From Trichosphaerium sp. ATCC 40318 (lineage: Eukaryota; Protista; Tubulinea): a DNA stretch of 64,000 nt. Position 1 is the first letter of the stretch; the number at the start of each line of letters is the position of its first letter. The stretch is taken from contig JALMLS010000577.1 of NCBI GenBank assembly GCA_038496445.1, forward strand, positions 248,001 through 312,000. Direction: 5' to 3'. A program made the translations under genes and the position numbers. The notes beneath the pieces were generated by a model that was not told the origin of the DNA, did not search any database, and saw only the letters and a program-made list of their open reading frames with translations. Shown one piece after another: positions 51,834 to 64,000 of this stretch.

Positions 51834-52560
51834 GAGGATTGATGATGTGAATAATGACAATAAAGGTGCAACGTTGACTAAGTCACTGCAACTTAAACAC
51901 TTCCGAAAACTATGCCACAGAGTGACTACAGCGCTGTTTACAGCTATTAAAACTTCAAGTGATTTTTTTCTAATATTGTTCAAAGAAATAGTACCCTCGT
52001 TCAGGTTTTTGCCCACTGTTGGGCACAATCGGTAACCAAAACCGAATACTGCATGAACTTTCCTAGCTGTTATTGTAGTTGAGTCTAACAACGCTGTTTT
52101 GGAGTGTCATAATACGGAAAAAATTGAGTTGTACTAGCGCAATCAGATGAGTCTTTTATGTTGTCTTCTGGACATGTAGAAAAATGCACCAAAAGCTATT
52201 ACCAACAGGACTGCCACATCTCCTTTTCTCAACGTGGCAAGAAAATAACACCGTAAGTTTCCTATTACATGCTGAGCACCATTGCTTTAAACGAGGAAGT
52301 GCTAATGCCATGCTTTGTTAAAAGTTAATTTCGAAGAAGCACTTGTGCTGTCTGTCTGAATTTTGATCCTACTGGCAGACAGGTGTACTACAGAATCGCC
52401 TGCGATCCTTTAGTTGGCTGGCAGTCTGATAAAAACCGATTTAGCTTCAAAACCAAACAAGAGATGGGCACTGATGGTAACTTTTCTTTATTTTTTTTTT
52501 CACGATGGAATCATTCGATCACGTGATGTAAATGCCGCAACAACTGTAATTATATAATTG

Positions 52561-54661
52561 TTATTCAAACTCTTTTTCAATTAGAAAGTGCATCAATATT
52601 ATTGCTGCGTCATCCTTTTTTTGTCCTACGTGTTTCGCAGTGAATAGAAATTCAACTTCTTCTTTCAACATTGGAACAAAATTATCAGACTTTACTGGTT
52701 CTAATAGATTATCTACTACTGTTGCATTCCTGTCAAATGCGCATGTATGGACAACATAGTACATATACATCTTAAAAAAGAGAACATAGTAAGTAAGCAA
52801 GCAACCAAACAAACGAACAAAAAACATGAAAAAAAAAAAGAGAATTTTTTTTTTATCGCACCTTTAGTGCTGCGGCATTCTTTGAAATACACTCCACCAG
52901 ATCTTCGGGTATCGCCATTAACATACCACCATCATTACCTTGTATTATCTTAACCATACCAGGAAAGAATACTCTTGTTATATCCTTGCAAGGTGACAAC
53001 AACTCCTTGTAAAAAGAAGACTTGTTCTTTTTAGCTGACATGAGTTTTTTAACATTAACGCCAAGATGAAGCAGAATAGATGTATCCCTTAGTATCCTAT
53101 CTGTACTTGTATCTATACCTTCTTTTACACATGACTTAAGACGTTTTAAGTATGTATTAAGAAGAAGTGATATAACATAAGGGTCTCTAATAATCAAACA
53201 AACATCGTCCATATTATTTGTATCCCCAGTTTTAAACTGTTTGATTTGAGTCAAGATGTCGTGTAGTCTATTAGCTGATAGAGTGTCTTCTCGTAAGGAA
53301 GCGTCTAAAAGCCATGCGAATTTATGTAGCTTATCATCTTTGCATAACTAAAATATAAAGCACGTGAATAAACTGAAGAAATTTACAACTTTTGTTTTTC
53401 GAAATTTGTGAAAAGAAAACCATGTGAAAGGTTCGTACCTCGTTTGCATTATTATCATGTAGGTACATGAGTAATTGTCTACGAAGTGTTGGATATCTTG
53501 TATCTTCTGGGTTACTATAGAGAGTCCTAGTAAACTCACAAATCTTTCTATACAATCCAATGTTATCACCAATACATGTTGAAATCTCTTTTAAGCAATT
53601 GATATTCGCTCTCCTATTTTAACGAAGGTAAGGACCAAAAATCATCACGTGAAATTTCATTTCATCACGTGTTTTTGAAAAAGATAACAGAATCTATGTT
53701 TACATTTTCATACCTTTTACGTGGGTCTTTATGACCTCCAAAAGTAGCAATAAATGAGGGATGTCCACTTAATAAAAAAAGAGAATTCGAGCTTCTTATT
53801 TGATCTGAAGGATCACCCATTAGCGATATTGTGTGCTCTCTGAACAAGTCCTCGTTTATTTCCCATATAAAACGTTTCACCTATAACAACGAAACTTAAC
53901 AAAATTGCATAAAAGAGAATAGTATGAAGCAATGTGACGAAAAGGTTTGTAGATGCAAAAAAAAACCCCCAAAAAATGACGGATTAGGTTTTTTTTTTTG
54001 AATTCTGGAGCGTCCGTTGCTGTTTTAGAGGAGATTCTGAGCTGTGTGCACGTATACGTACCTCAAGTGGACAAGATTGATACAGTTTTACGTTATTTGC
54101 TAGTTGTAGGAGGTAGGATTTTGGAATTTGTTTGAGATTTATAGCAAGCTTCTTTAAAATAGCAGTTGCTATTGGTTGTAGCATGTCAAATGCAATGTAA
54201 GGGAATGTTGTACTTAGAAGCGGTAATAATCTAATATCTTTCGTTGGTTTAAAGCGTTTGAGAGCGACGTATTATTTTTTTTTCATTAAAAACCTCCAAA
54301 ATGGTGTGAGAAGGTGCACGTACTGTTCGCAAGGCGTCTCTTCAACCTTTTGTAGTAGCTTTGTTCTGACCATCAGTAAGATGCTGTGGTACACTTTACT
54401 ACGCTCTGAGCCGTGTAGATCTAGCAGTTTTAGGCATGCCATTGAACTTTCATAAGGTAAAGGGCGTCAGCAACGATTTTTTTTGTAATTCAACGTATCA
54501 TTTTCAGCTCCTATCCCATTCTCGCTCTGTAGTTGTGTAATAACAGTTTTTGGGTCTTTTTTAGCCAACTACGTACAAACGTTGATAAGAAGCTAATACG
54601 CTTATATGCATGAGCTACTAACCTCTTGGCGAATAAACGCTGTTCCTTTACCACCAATCAT
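52561..54661 (-). CDS. NELFB: Negative elongation factor B (COBRA1) homolog
   Basis: ITQLQSENGIG, LYQSCPLEVKRFIW, PRKRR, IGDNIGLYRKICEFTRTLY, TLRRQLLMYLHD, KFAWLLDA, DDVCLIIRDPY match the COBRA1 family. 3' end uncertain. Confidence 0.85.
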
Positions 54662-54850
54662 TTGATTTACAGATTGAAAAAGTGTTGATAACGTGCCAAC
54701 AGAGTCGTTTACGTAGTTTAAACAAATCTACAGAATTGGCTGGATTAAACGCTGCTTAACGGTAATTTAAAACAATTTTGACGCAAATTGACTCACATCT
54801 ATCCCGTGACGAGGCTTACAAGCGTTGGATCCTTGGTTGTACAAAACTTG

Positions 54851-57094
54851 ATGGAAGGAGCAGAAAACGGATGTTATTGTCGCCACTGTGGTTCTAAATG
54901 GGCAAACGGACATTTTGAGAAGTATGTGCACTCACCTATACATTGCTGACAGGTAATAGACGCCAATTTCTGTTTCATTTGACAAATTGTGCTGGAAAGC
55001 ATCCTGGTACGTTTTTATCCGCGTGTATACGTTTAAAATGAGTGTCTCATTTGATTGTGCATTTCTAACATCCCCAAGAAAAGCACTCGGAAACGCCTTC
55101 CCTGTTTAACGGTGAGATATGCGCCAAATTAATAACGCCAACGCCCCAAACAGTGTACGTAGAATGTTTAATCTTCTCTTGTTTAAAAATACTCTAAGCT
55201 TGCATTTACGTTAAAAAACCCTTGCATGCCTTCCATACAACGCTTTTGTAAAAACCCCATTGAATTCTAGTCAAAACAAATGAGATTCCTTTTCTGATCG
55301 TTTTTTTTCATTTATCAAAAATCGTTAAAAATCTCGTATTGAGCGCCTCCTTTAGACCTATTCTTCCCAACGATTGGCTTAAAGATCGCAATGAACAGGA
55401 TATACGTATAAGAAGTTCATTGCACAAGGTTGCATGGACTAGACGTCGTAAACGGAGGTGGTGGAAAACTGAAGATGCTAAAAAAAAGGGATCAAACAAC
55501 AAAGTGCGTGTTATTTTTAACACTTAAATTATTTACTGCACGTGATATTTGATTTCTTGTTTTACCATTATAAAGCTTCTAAATTGATAACAGCAGTTAC
55601 ACGTGGCGAAAAAGCAGAAACAAGAGCAATCAGAGCAAAAAAACGTGACAAGTTCAGAAAGTGAAGTAGTTTGTGTTTATGCACCGTATCACATCACCTC
55701 AGACCCAAGAATCAATGCAATACATCATAAAACTGAACCAGATATTATAAAAGTAGAAGACAAAAGTACCGAGAATGACCCTGAATCAGATAATCTACAA
55801 AAAGTCTACGAAGGCATAATTGCAATGAAGAATATAAAAATATCAAAAAAAGACAGACAATTGGCTCAAACTCAGTTATCAGCGTCTAAAAAAACCTTAC
55901 AACGTATGAGAAACCGTAATAACCAAGCAATGCATGAGTTGAAGAGGGAGTTAAAGTGCCAGATAAAGAGTATTGAAGTTGACTTGGAATCACAAATTAC
56001 TTTAACAAGACATAGATGTTTAAGTACTTTTGATAGGCTTGAACGTCTCTTGTCAAACAAAATTGCACGTGAACGTAACCAAGCATTCTCTAAGATACGT
56101 GAACTGAGGACATTGGTGAAGCAGAGGCAGGAAGCACTAAAAGCTAAAGAAGCCTCTCTAGCACCTCTTCAACCAATAAGTACAGTGACAAGGAAGAACG
56201 TGCCAGATAGTCCGTTTCATTCTCATGATGTACGCTCGAATATTGTTCTGATTGGATTATCTAACTAACTGCTACAGGGTACTCATAATATGACGTCGTC
56301 ATTGCCAACAATGGAACCAAATCGAGCAATCTTTATGACAAAACAAGCAAATAGACCTGCCGTAGCAAGACAACGTTTACCGCCTATTCAAGCACCACGT
56401 GTATCAATAAGTACTAACCAGGCTTTATCTAATGTGCAACAAGACTTACCACGTATAAATGGACCAACAAAGAGTAGTATTCCTCCTCAAAGGTACGACC
56501 TAAATGGAAGGTCGGAAGTAAGGTTTTCTCACTTTTTTCTTAAGGTACATTCCTTTCTCTAATTTTCAACACGGCAATAAACAGGCACCTGAAACTATAA
56601 CATCTCCAAAGACAACGAATAACACGTCTTTGATACAACAGCAACATAATCAGACAACAAATGCTTCCAACCAAAGACATATTGGCGTTAAATACTCAAG
56701 TGTTCTTGGACCTACAGTTGATAATAATGCGGTTAAGTTCACTTCAAGAATTTCAGATCAGAATCACTTCAACACGTTACCTGATGATAAAACATCACTT
56801 GCTCGATCAGTTACACCTAATACATCGTTTAATTCGCGTCCACATGTTGAACAAAGATCATCGATGCCATCTACAACGACTTTTGAAGCAACAAACCGAT
56901 TTGTTATACAACAATATAATCCTGAAGTACCGCTTAATGGTGCTGATTTAATGGATACTACAGAGGATCTACCATTACCTGATGACTTGACAGAGTTGTC
57001 ATTACCTTTGCCTATACCAGAGATGCTTAATATGCCTTCTGAAGGGATATGGGAAGAAGAGACAGTATTAGAAGGATCTGTTGCGAAACAATAG
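54851..57094 (+). CDS. Putative zinc-finger/coiled-coil transcription regulator
   Basis: N-terminal CRHC...FLFHLTNC (C2HC-like), coiled coil in ORF 55603-56268, Q/N/S-rich middle and acidic C-terminal tail. Middle exon structure unresolved. Confidence 0.45.
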
Positions 57095-57668
57095 GTTTTT
57101 GAGATTGCGTCTTCTTCTTTGGTGCCCTCATAAGAGCTATGATGCTTTTTTTAACGAACACTATGCTTGGATTTATTAGCGTGTCGTAAATAATTGTACA
57201 ATTTTAATGTAATGGTTCGGTATTCATTTCTTTCTTCATGTTAATTTTAGAAGTAATTGTATGAACAAATCATGGAAGAATGTTATTTATTTGCCCACGT
57301 TATTGTCTGCTGCCAGGTATATTTCTAATGGTAAGTGCCACTAACGTTGCAGTAATGAACTACCTATTTTTGAGAACCCATAGAGCAACTATATACAGTA
57401 AAGTCGTTAAATGTCACAGTACAGAAGGCGGAAAAAGGATCACGTGAGAGAGCAGAATAACTCCCGTAGGTGGTTACAACTGCGGTTGTTTAGGTAGTGC
57501 AGGTCTTGATGAAATGATAGCGTCTGAATTGAAGTTTAAATACAACAAAGTGTCGTGTCACAATTCTCAACAAGTCGCTTGGAGAAAAATAAATTAGAAA
57601 AAACAGGCAATGTTTGGTTTTTAAGTTTTTTATTAGAGTATTTAGAAATACAACCAAAGGGTGGGCAC

Positions 57669-59119
<1,451 letters not shown>

Positions 59120-59191
59120 GATTAGTGTTTTGGTGGTGTTGTTTCTTTTGCTGAGAGCAGAAAGTTGTGTTTTGGACTCACGTGAGAGAAT

Positions 59192-59238
59192 TGGGAATTT
59201 CTCAAATTTCTGAATAATACTCGAACCTGGTTGATTTT
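59192..59238 (-). promoter_or_regulatory. Conserved actin upstream block (copy 2)
   Basis: Reverse complement AAAATCAACCAgGTTcGAGTATTATTCAGAAATTTgagAAATTCCCA; see 28160-28206. Confidence 0.65.
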
Positions 59239-59772
59239 TAGCAAAAGTCGCGTAATACGCGCTTAGTTTCGCTCCGTTTTGCGGTACTTTAGCGACACTA
59301 TCATCTCTAGCAATGATATAATCATATACTAGAACAACTAACGATTTTGAGTGTCACGAAAAGCTTTGTGTAAGAAACCGTCATGAACCTTAAGAACTCC
59401 GCTACAGCGCTGCCTTGAAGCGCTTTGTAAAGTTTACAGTGCGTCACCAAGAACTCAGAAACTATCTCGCAGGTATTGAATACTTCAGGTACGCCTCTGA
59501 CCGTTTACAACTTTGTAGTCACGTGACGCTTTAAAACAAGAAAATATAACCTCAAGTGTCTTTGGGAAGTTCAGAATTTTTATTTTTGACAGGCAGGTAG
59601 TAACGCTTGCTTCGCTCGCTAAAGAGGCAGCGCTGCGTCTCAACTGCTCTGGTTTTTTGAAAAACCGTTACTAGTTTGTTTAAAAGTTAGGCAACAACAG
59701 CGCTTATTTTCTGCTCTTAATCGCACAACGAAGTAAAGAAAAGCATAGTGATGGGAAACTAAAAAAGTGTTG

Positions 59773-62132
59773 CTAAATCCGTTTTATTTCACAGGGACAA
59801 ACCCTTCGCCTGTCTATCTCAACTGCATCGCAGTTCGAGTACTTCTCACAGTCGAGAGTTGTATACTCTTCAACACCATTTACTAACTTCACAAGAGGAT
59901 ACGTCAGTTTGACGTTGTGTTCCTTCTGATCTGCGCTGAGCGTTGTGGCGTTTTTAACTTCTCTAAGATATCTGTTCAAGTAGATAAAATAATCACGTTG
60001 GCACTTTGTTCCTAGTTTGCTACAAGTATCACTGCAAGACTCTGCATTTTCTCCTGTAGTGGCTCTATAATGGTTTCCTTGTATGATTGGTACAGCATCC
60101 AAAGAGCACTTGGTTAAAGAGTGAGACATCTTCGGAACTTTTTTAGTTGTGCGTACATTTGGCTTCTTTCTCCAAGCTGCACTGCTACCGCTTTTCCTTA
60201 GTTCCAGGCTTACGAAAGGTGAGTATTTAGCCAATATAATCAAGGTGTTTGTGCCAATTCTGAATATCAGAACGCCCTGTTTGAGTGCTGAATTTAGTAA
60301 CAAGATAAAAAAAAAGTATGAAACACCTTGTATTCACCTCTTTGAATGCCTCCAGGGCCTATAACCCACGTCCTAAACGGTGCGATCTACACTCTTTAGA
60401 ATTTTTATAAACGATAACCACTAACAGCCTTTCTCCACGATCTATCACCTAAGTGTTCCGCCCAGAAGTAAAAAACCAAAGTAGCATCTAAACAATTTTG
60501 GTCATAAGAAACAAGTTAAAAAAAACTTTTGTACGCACGTGCATAGCATTCTAGTTCATTTGTTGATCTTATTTGTTTTGCACTCTTTATAAGATTTATA
60601 TAGTCTTCGTCTGACGTAAGTTCATATGTCACGTGTGGGTCCGTATTTATCCTAAAAATTAAAATTATTCCAAAAATGCAAGAACAAAACCCTTCTTTGA
60701 TGTTTAGTCACGTACATGAGGTTATCAAAACTTAGAAGTTGGCTGTATGGATCTACTGATAAAGAGTCGTTTCCACTACCCAAATGAAACGTTCTGGGCA
60801 CCTCTGGTTGAATACAGTACAATTCTAGTTTTCATTATTTCAGTTGTTAAATTCTTCTTTTGTTTTTCTTTTGTTACCTTTCTTTCGTCTTATTTTGGCA
60901 AAATGCATTGCAACGTGATAATCCCAAGGCTGATTTCTATCTTATAAATATCGACATGAGGAAAAGAAGAAACACAAACAACAGAAGAAGGAATAAATTT
61001 TTGTTTTAATTCAAAAGAATGTATAACTTACGAATTATGTGGTATTTCAAGCCAGTCTTTTGAACGTACTATCCATCCATATCCTCCAAAATGACTTACT
61101 CTACAGTTTACTATTAACAAAACAAGTGATACTTGTATATAAATATCACAACGTGCTTATTTATACGACTAGTGCTTCGACTTAAACCTCTTAAATCAAA
61201 TGTCAAAACATTGAACAAAAAAAGTTTAACCAGCACCTGAATCCGTGATCATTCCAACTTGTACCACACCTAAGGGTTTTGAGAAAATTGTCTAAATATT
61301 GACTTGATTAAAGAGAATGGTTACCATATTGTATCATCGTTTTCCATCAAATCCTTAATATACGTCATGTATCTTACGAAATCAGGTGCTATCAAAATAT
61401 CCTCATCAATCGCTATAACATATTTCGTCTTTGTAGCGTTTATCATTGTGTTAGTTGCACACCTATCGTCAACCTTAATAATCAAAACAAACAAAGGATT
61501 ACCACAAGTTCAGTACCAATACTTTTCGGTGAGATACAGATGATCTCCGCCACCTTGCTTTGCTCTAAGATTAGCGCATTCAAGTCTAAAAAACTTGTAA
61601 AAATTCTTATCCGGTTTGGGCTGTCACTTGGATAGTGGTGAGCGTTTTGTACCTGTCTATAACATGTGCGCCTTCCCGTTCTAGGAAGGCTTTTGTTGTA
61701 GCGTTTCTAGAGTCGTCAAAGTAGTATACAAGGTGTGGGGGTTGTCCTTGTTTCTTTAGCGCTGTGTACATTCTAATTAAATGATAATAGCTAGGTCACG
61801 TGTCATTTTATTAGTTAACAACTTAAAAAGTAAATACCGTAGTCCCATGATTAGTATTGGCGTGTTATACGTGTTATTAGATTGTTTATCACTCCTTACG
61901 CGTGAATCATCGCTTATTACACGTGTTGGCTCTTGATTTAGGGCTACAGGCACTGAATGAGTCTCACAAGGTTGAAACTCAAGATTGTCTTGTGTAGCGA
62001 TCAATCGTTGGTGTTGTAGAGTTATAATAACCGTGAATACAAATAATGCTGGCTAATGTTGTTTTAATCTGTTGGCTATGATTTTTATGAGGTTACCAGC
62101 CAATAATCTCGTATGATACGAGGATGTATCAT
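59773..62132 (-). CDS. GT13 family (MGAT1/POMGNT1-like) beta-1,2-N-acetylglucosaminyltransferase
   Basis: Type II signal anchor; YVIAIDEDILIAPDFVRY, SWNDHG, HFGGYGW; C-terminal Cys module ESCSDTC...CQRDYFIYLN...RRVCPC. Confidence 0.75.
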
Positions 62133-62974
62133 TGGGTTGCGAACCACGTGATTTTATTTTCAAACTTGACACTGGCTCTGTCTCGTTAAGTTGTTATTCT
62201 TAGGGTGATCAATACACGCTGTCGCCTATTGTACTGAGCGGTGATTGGGCTTATTTTAGTCAGAGAAGCGCTTTGTGGTTGTTGCTGTCTTAAATGAAAA
62301 GGTAGCCTGCTAATACTCATCCCACGCTTTAATGGCCTCCAAGAGGTTGATGGACGATGAAAGATTACTCCCTTACCGTTGCTTGTTCGTTCCTGAGCTA
62401 GAGTGCTTCTTATCGCTGTCCATTTTTGCAGAATCAATGCAACATGGGATATAGTTTTCAGATTGCACGTTTACATTGTGGCACGATACTTCTTTAGATG
62501 GCAAGAGTGATAACCTATTGTTGATTGATGATGTCCATTACGTGTAAGAATCGATCAATGATAACATTCCGCGCTTCAATCATGCGAGTGGGAACACTGT
62601 AGTACATATGAAAAGTGATATAACTGATCAACTACAATTTTCGATTAAAATTCAGATAACTCCCTTCTAGGCGCTTTAAACCAACGTATCCATGATTAAT
62701 AAGCGTTTTCCGAGCAATTGAAGTCTATTGTCCAAAAGTGGAATTCTGTACTTTGTTATTTTCTGACAATACAACAAAGGTTTGGAAATTCTCAGTCTTG
62801 GCTCTTTCAAGGCGTGTATATGTGATTGTTGTATTGTTGAGTGATATCAATTATTAAAAACGCATTGTCTGTGCCCCTTTTTTAATATTTCACTCAGCTA
62901 TCACTCAGCGGTTGAAACCATTCATTTATTTAAGATACAACAAGCACAACAACAACTCTCCAAACAAATAAACA

Positions 62975-63972
62975 ATGGAAACCGTACAACAAGCAACCAA
63001 CAAAACTTTTCAACTTGGAAGAGGAGTATGGAATGTGCCAATGTGTAAGCTTCTCCAACTGTACAAGAACTTGTTCTTGTGCGAAGATAAGGTACAGTAC
63101 AAAGCATTCAAACAGTATGCGAGCGTTCATTGTCTAATGTTTTGTTAGCTCCAATTTTCAATCTGCAAAGAGACAAAGTCTTTATATCTCGTATGGCCTC
63201 AACCTGGATCTCCTGTCGGCGGACCTGTCAGAGTGGGCAAACATGTGAGCATTGAAAAAGCAATAAACGAGAATAACAAAGGTACGTTAATCATGACAAC
63301 ATTTATATCGTACAATGGTACTTATTTTGTTTTGTTTTAGGCCTTTTCTATGTCAACGCTTTCGAAACAAAGTTCACTCTTCAAACGCTTTACTACATTG
63401 GTATGAGAGGTGAAAGACCTCCTATTGGAACACTTCTCGTATCTATCAAGGGCGATCCGAGTTGTATCAATCATGTCGAACCAGCAACACCAAAACAAAA
63501 AGTGGCTTCTTCACTATGTCGTATTACCACATGTAACGGCACAAATGGGTATGGAGATATCAAGAAGTTGTGTGTATGTAGAAGACCAAAACACCATTGT
63601 CAACCAATACACACAGTAGACAATATGCGTGTAAAGTCAAGTGAGAAAAAAGCACACAAAGCGTTCTTGATCTCTCAAAAGAAACACGTGTACCTCGATC
63701 CAAAATACATCGATAATGTGCTCATCAAATATTTGGATGGAGACAAAAATGCAAGTTTACACAGAAACTTCTCATTCAGATGTCCTCATTGCCTTGAAAA
63801 GTCGTTCACATATGATGAATTGATGAAACACACTAATGATTCTCATGACTATCGTCAAATGATCAAGAATGTGCCTCAACTCATTCCAGGACCTGGCGGA
63901 AATCCAGGTGTATGGATTGACAATCCTTGGTGGGAGAAAGCACATTATGATTGGACCCAATTCTGCATGTAA
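62975..63972 (+). CDS. Hypothetical protein with a C2H2-type zinc finger
   Basis: Three exons splice in frame via GT-AG introns; FRCPHCLEKSFTYDELMKHTNDSH. Confidence 0.6.
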
Positions 63973-64000
63973 CTCTAGAAACGTCTTGTAATTAAAGCCA

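Noticed and set aside
53640-53675. Two GTGATGA (C-box-like) motifs in a NELF-B intron
   Set aside because: No downstream D box; better explained as tandem CACGTG motifs.
62186-62700. Short ORFs between the GT13 and zinc-finger genes
   Set aside because: No consistent spliced model or recognisable motif.

Overview
This is gene-dense, AT-rich eukaryotic DNA in the standard genetic code, with many short (about 40-110 nt) spliceosomal introns. Actin signatures ([22 protein letters not shown]) and a NELF-B homolog suggest an amoebozoan protist (inference). Housekeeping genes: two actins, OGG1, an ALKBH2/3-like dioxygenase, a BMT5/DUF2431 methyltransferase, RPP30, a SUN-domain protein, NELF-B and a GT13 GlcNAc-transferase. 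Unusual multidomain proteins: (i) a tandem pair of ankyrin-F-box-degenerate Rab GTPase genes; (ii) a mitofusin/BDLP-type dynamin GTPase fused to a zinc ribbon and a VPS9 Rab5-GEF domain; (iii) an RGS-RGS-FSP1/AIFM2-like-NmrA-like fusion, head-to-head with (ii); (iv) a beta-helix (PMP-like) class C GPCR; (v) a giant G/K/D/V/S repeat protein with a PH domain. A 1282-bp non-autonomous hAT element (TIRs plus 8-bp TSD, with a nested MITE) sits 67 bp upstream of an intronless, giant-virus-like F-box-MORN-repeat gene. Sequence-level oddities are several GC-AG introns, frequent AAG acceptors, strong CACGTG enrichment, and a conserved promoter block plus a mosaic intron pattern in the actin paralogs. 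All gene models were spliced by eye and need RNA-seq confirmation.
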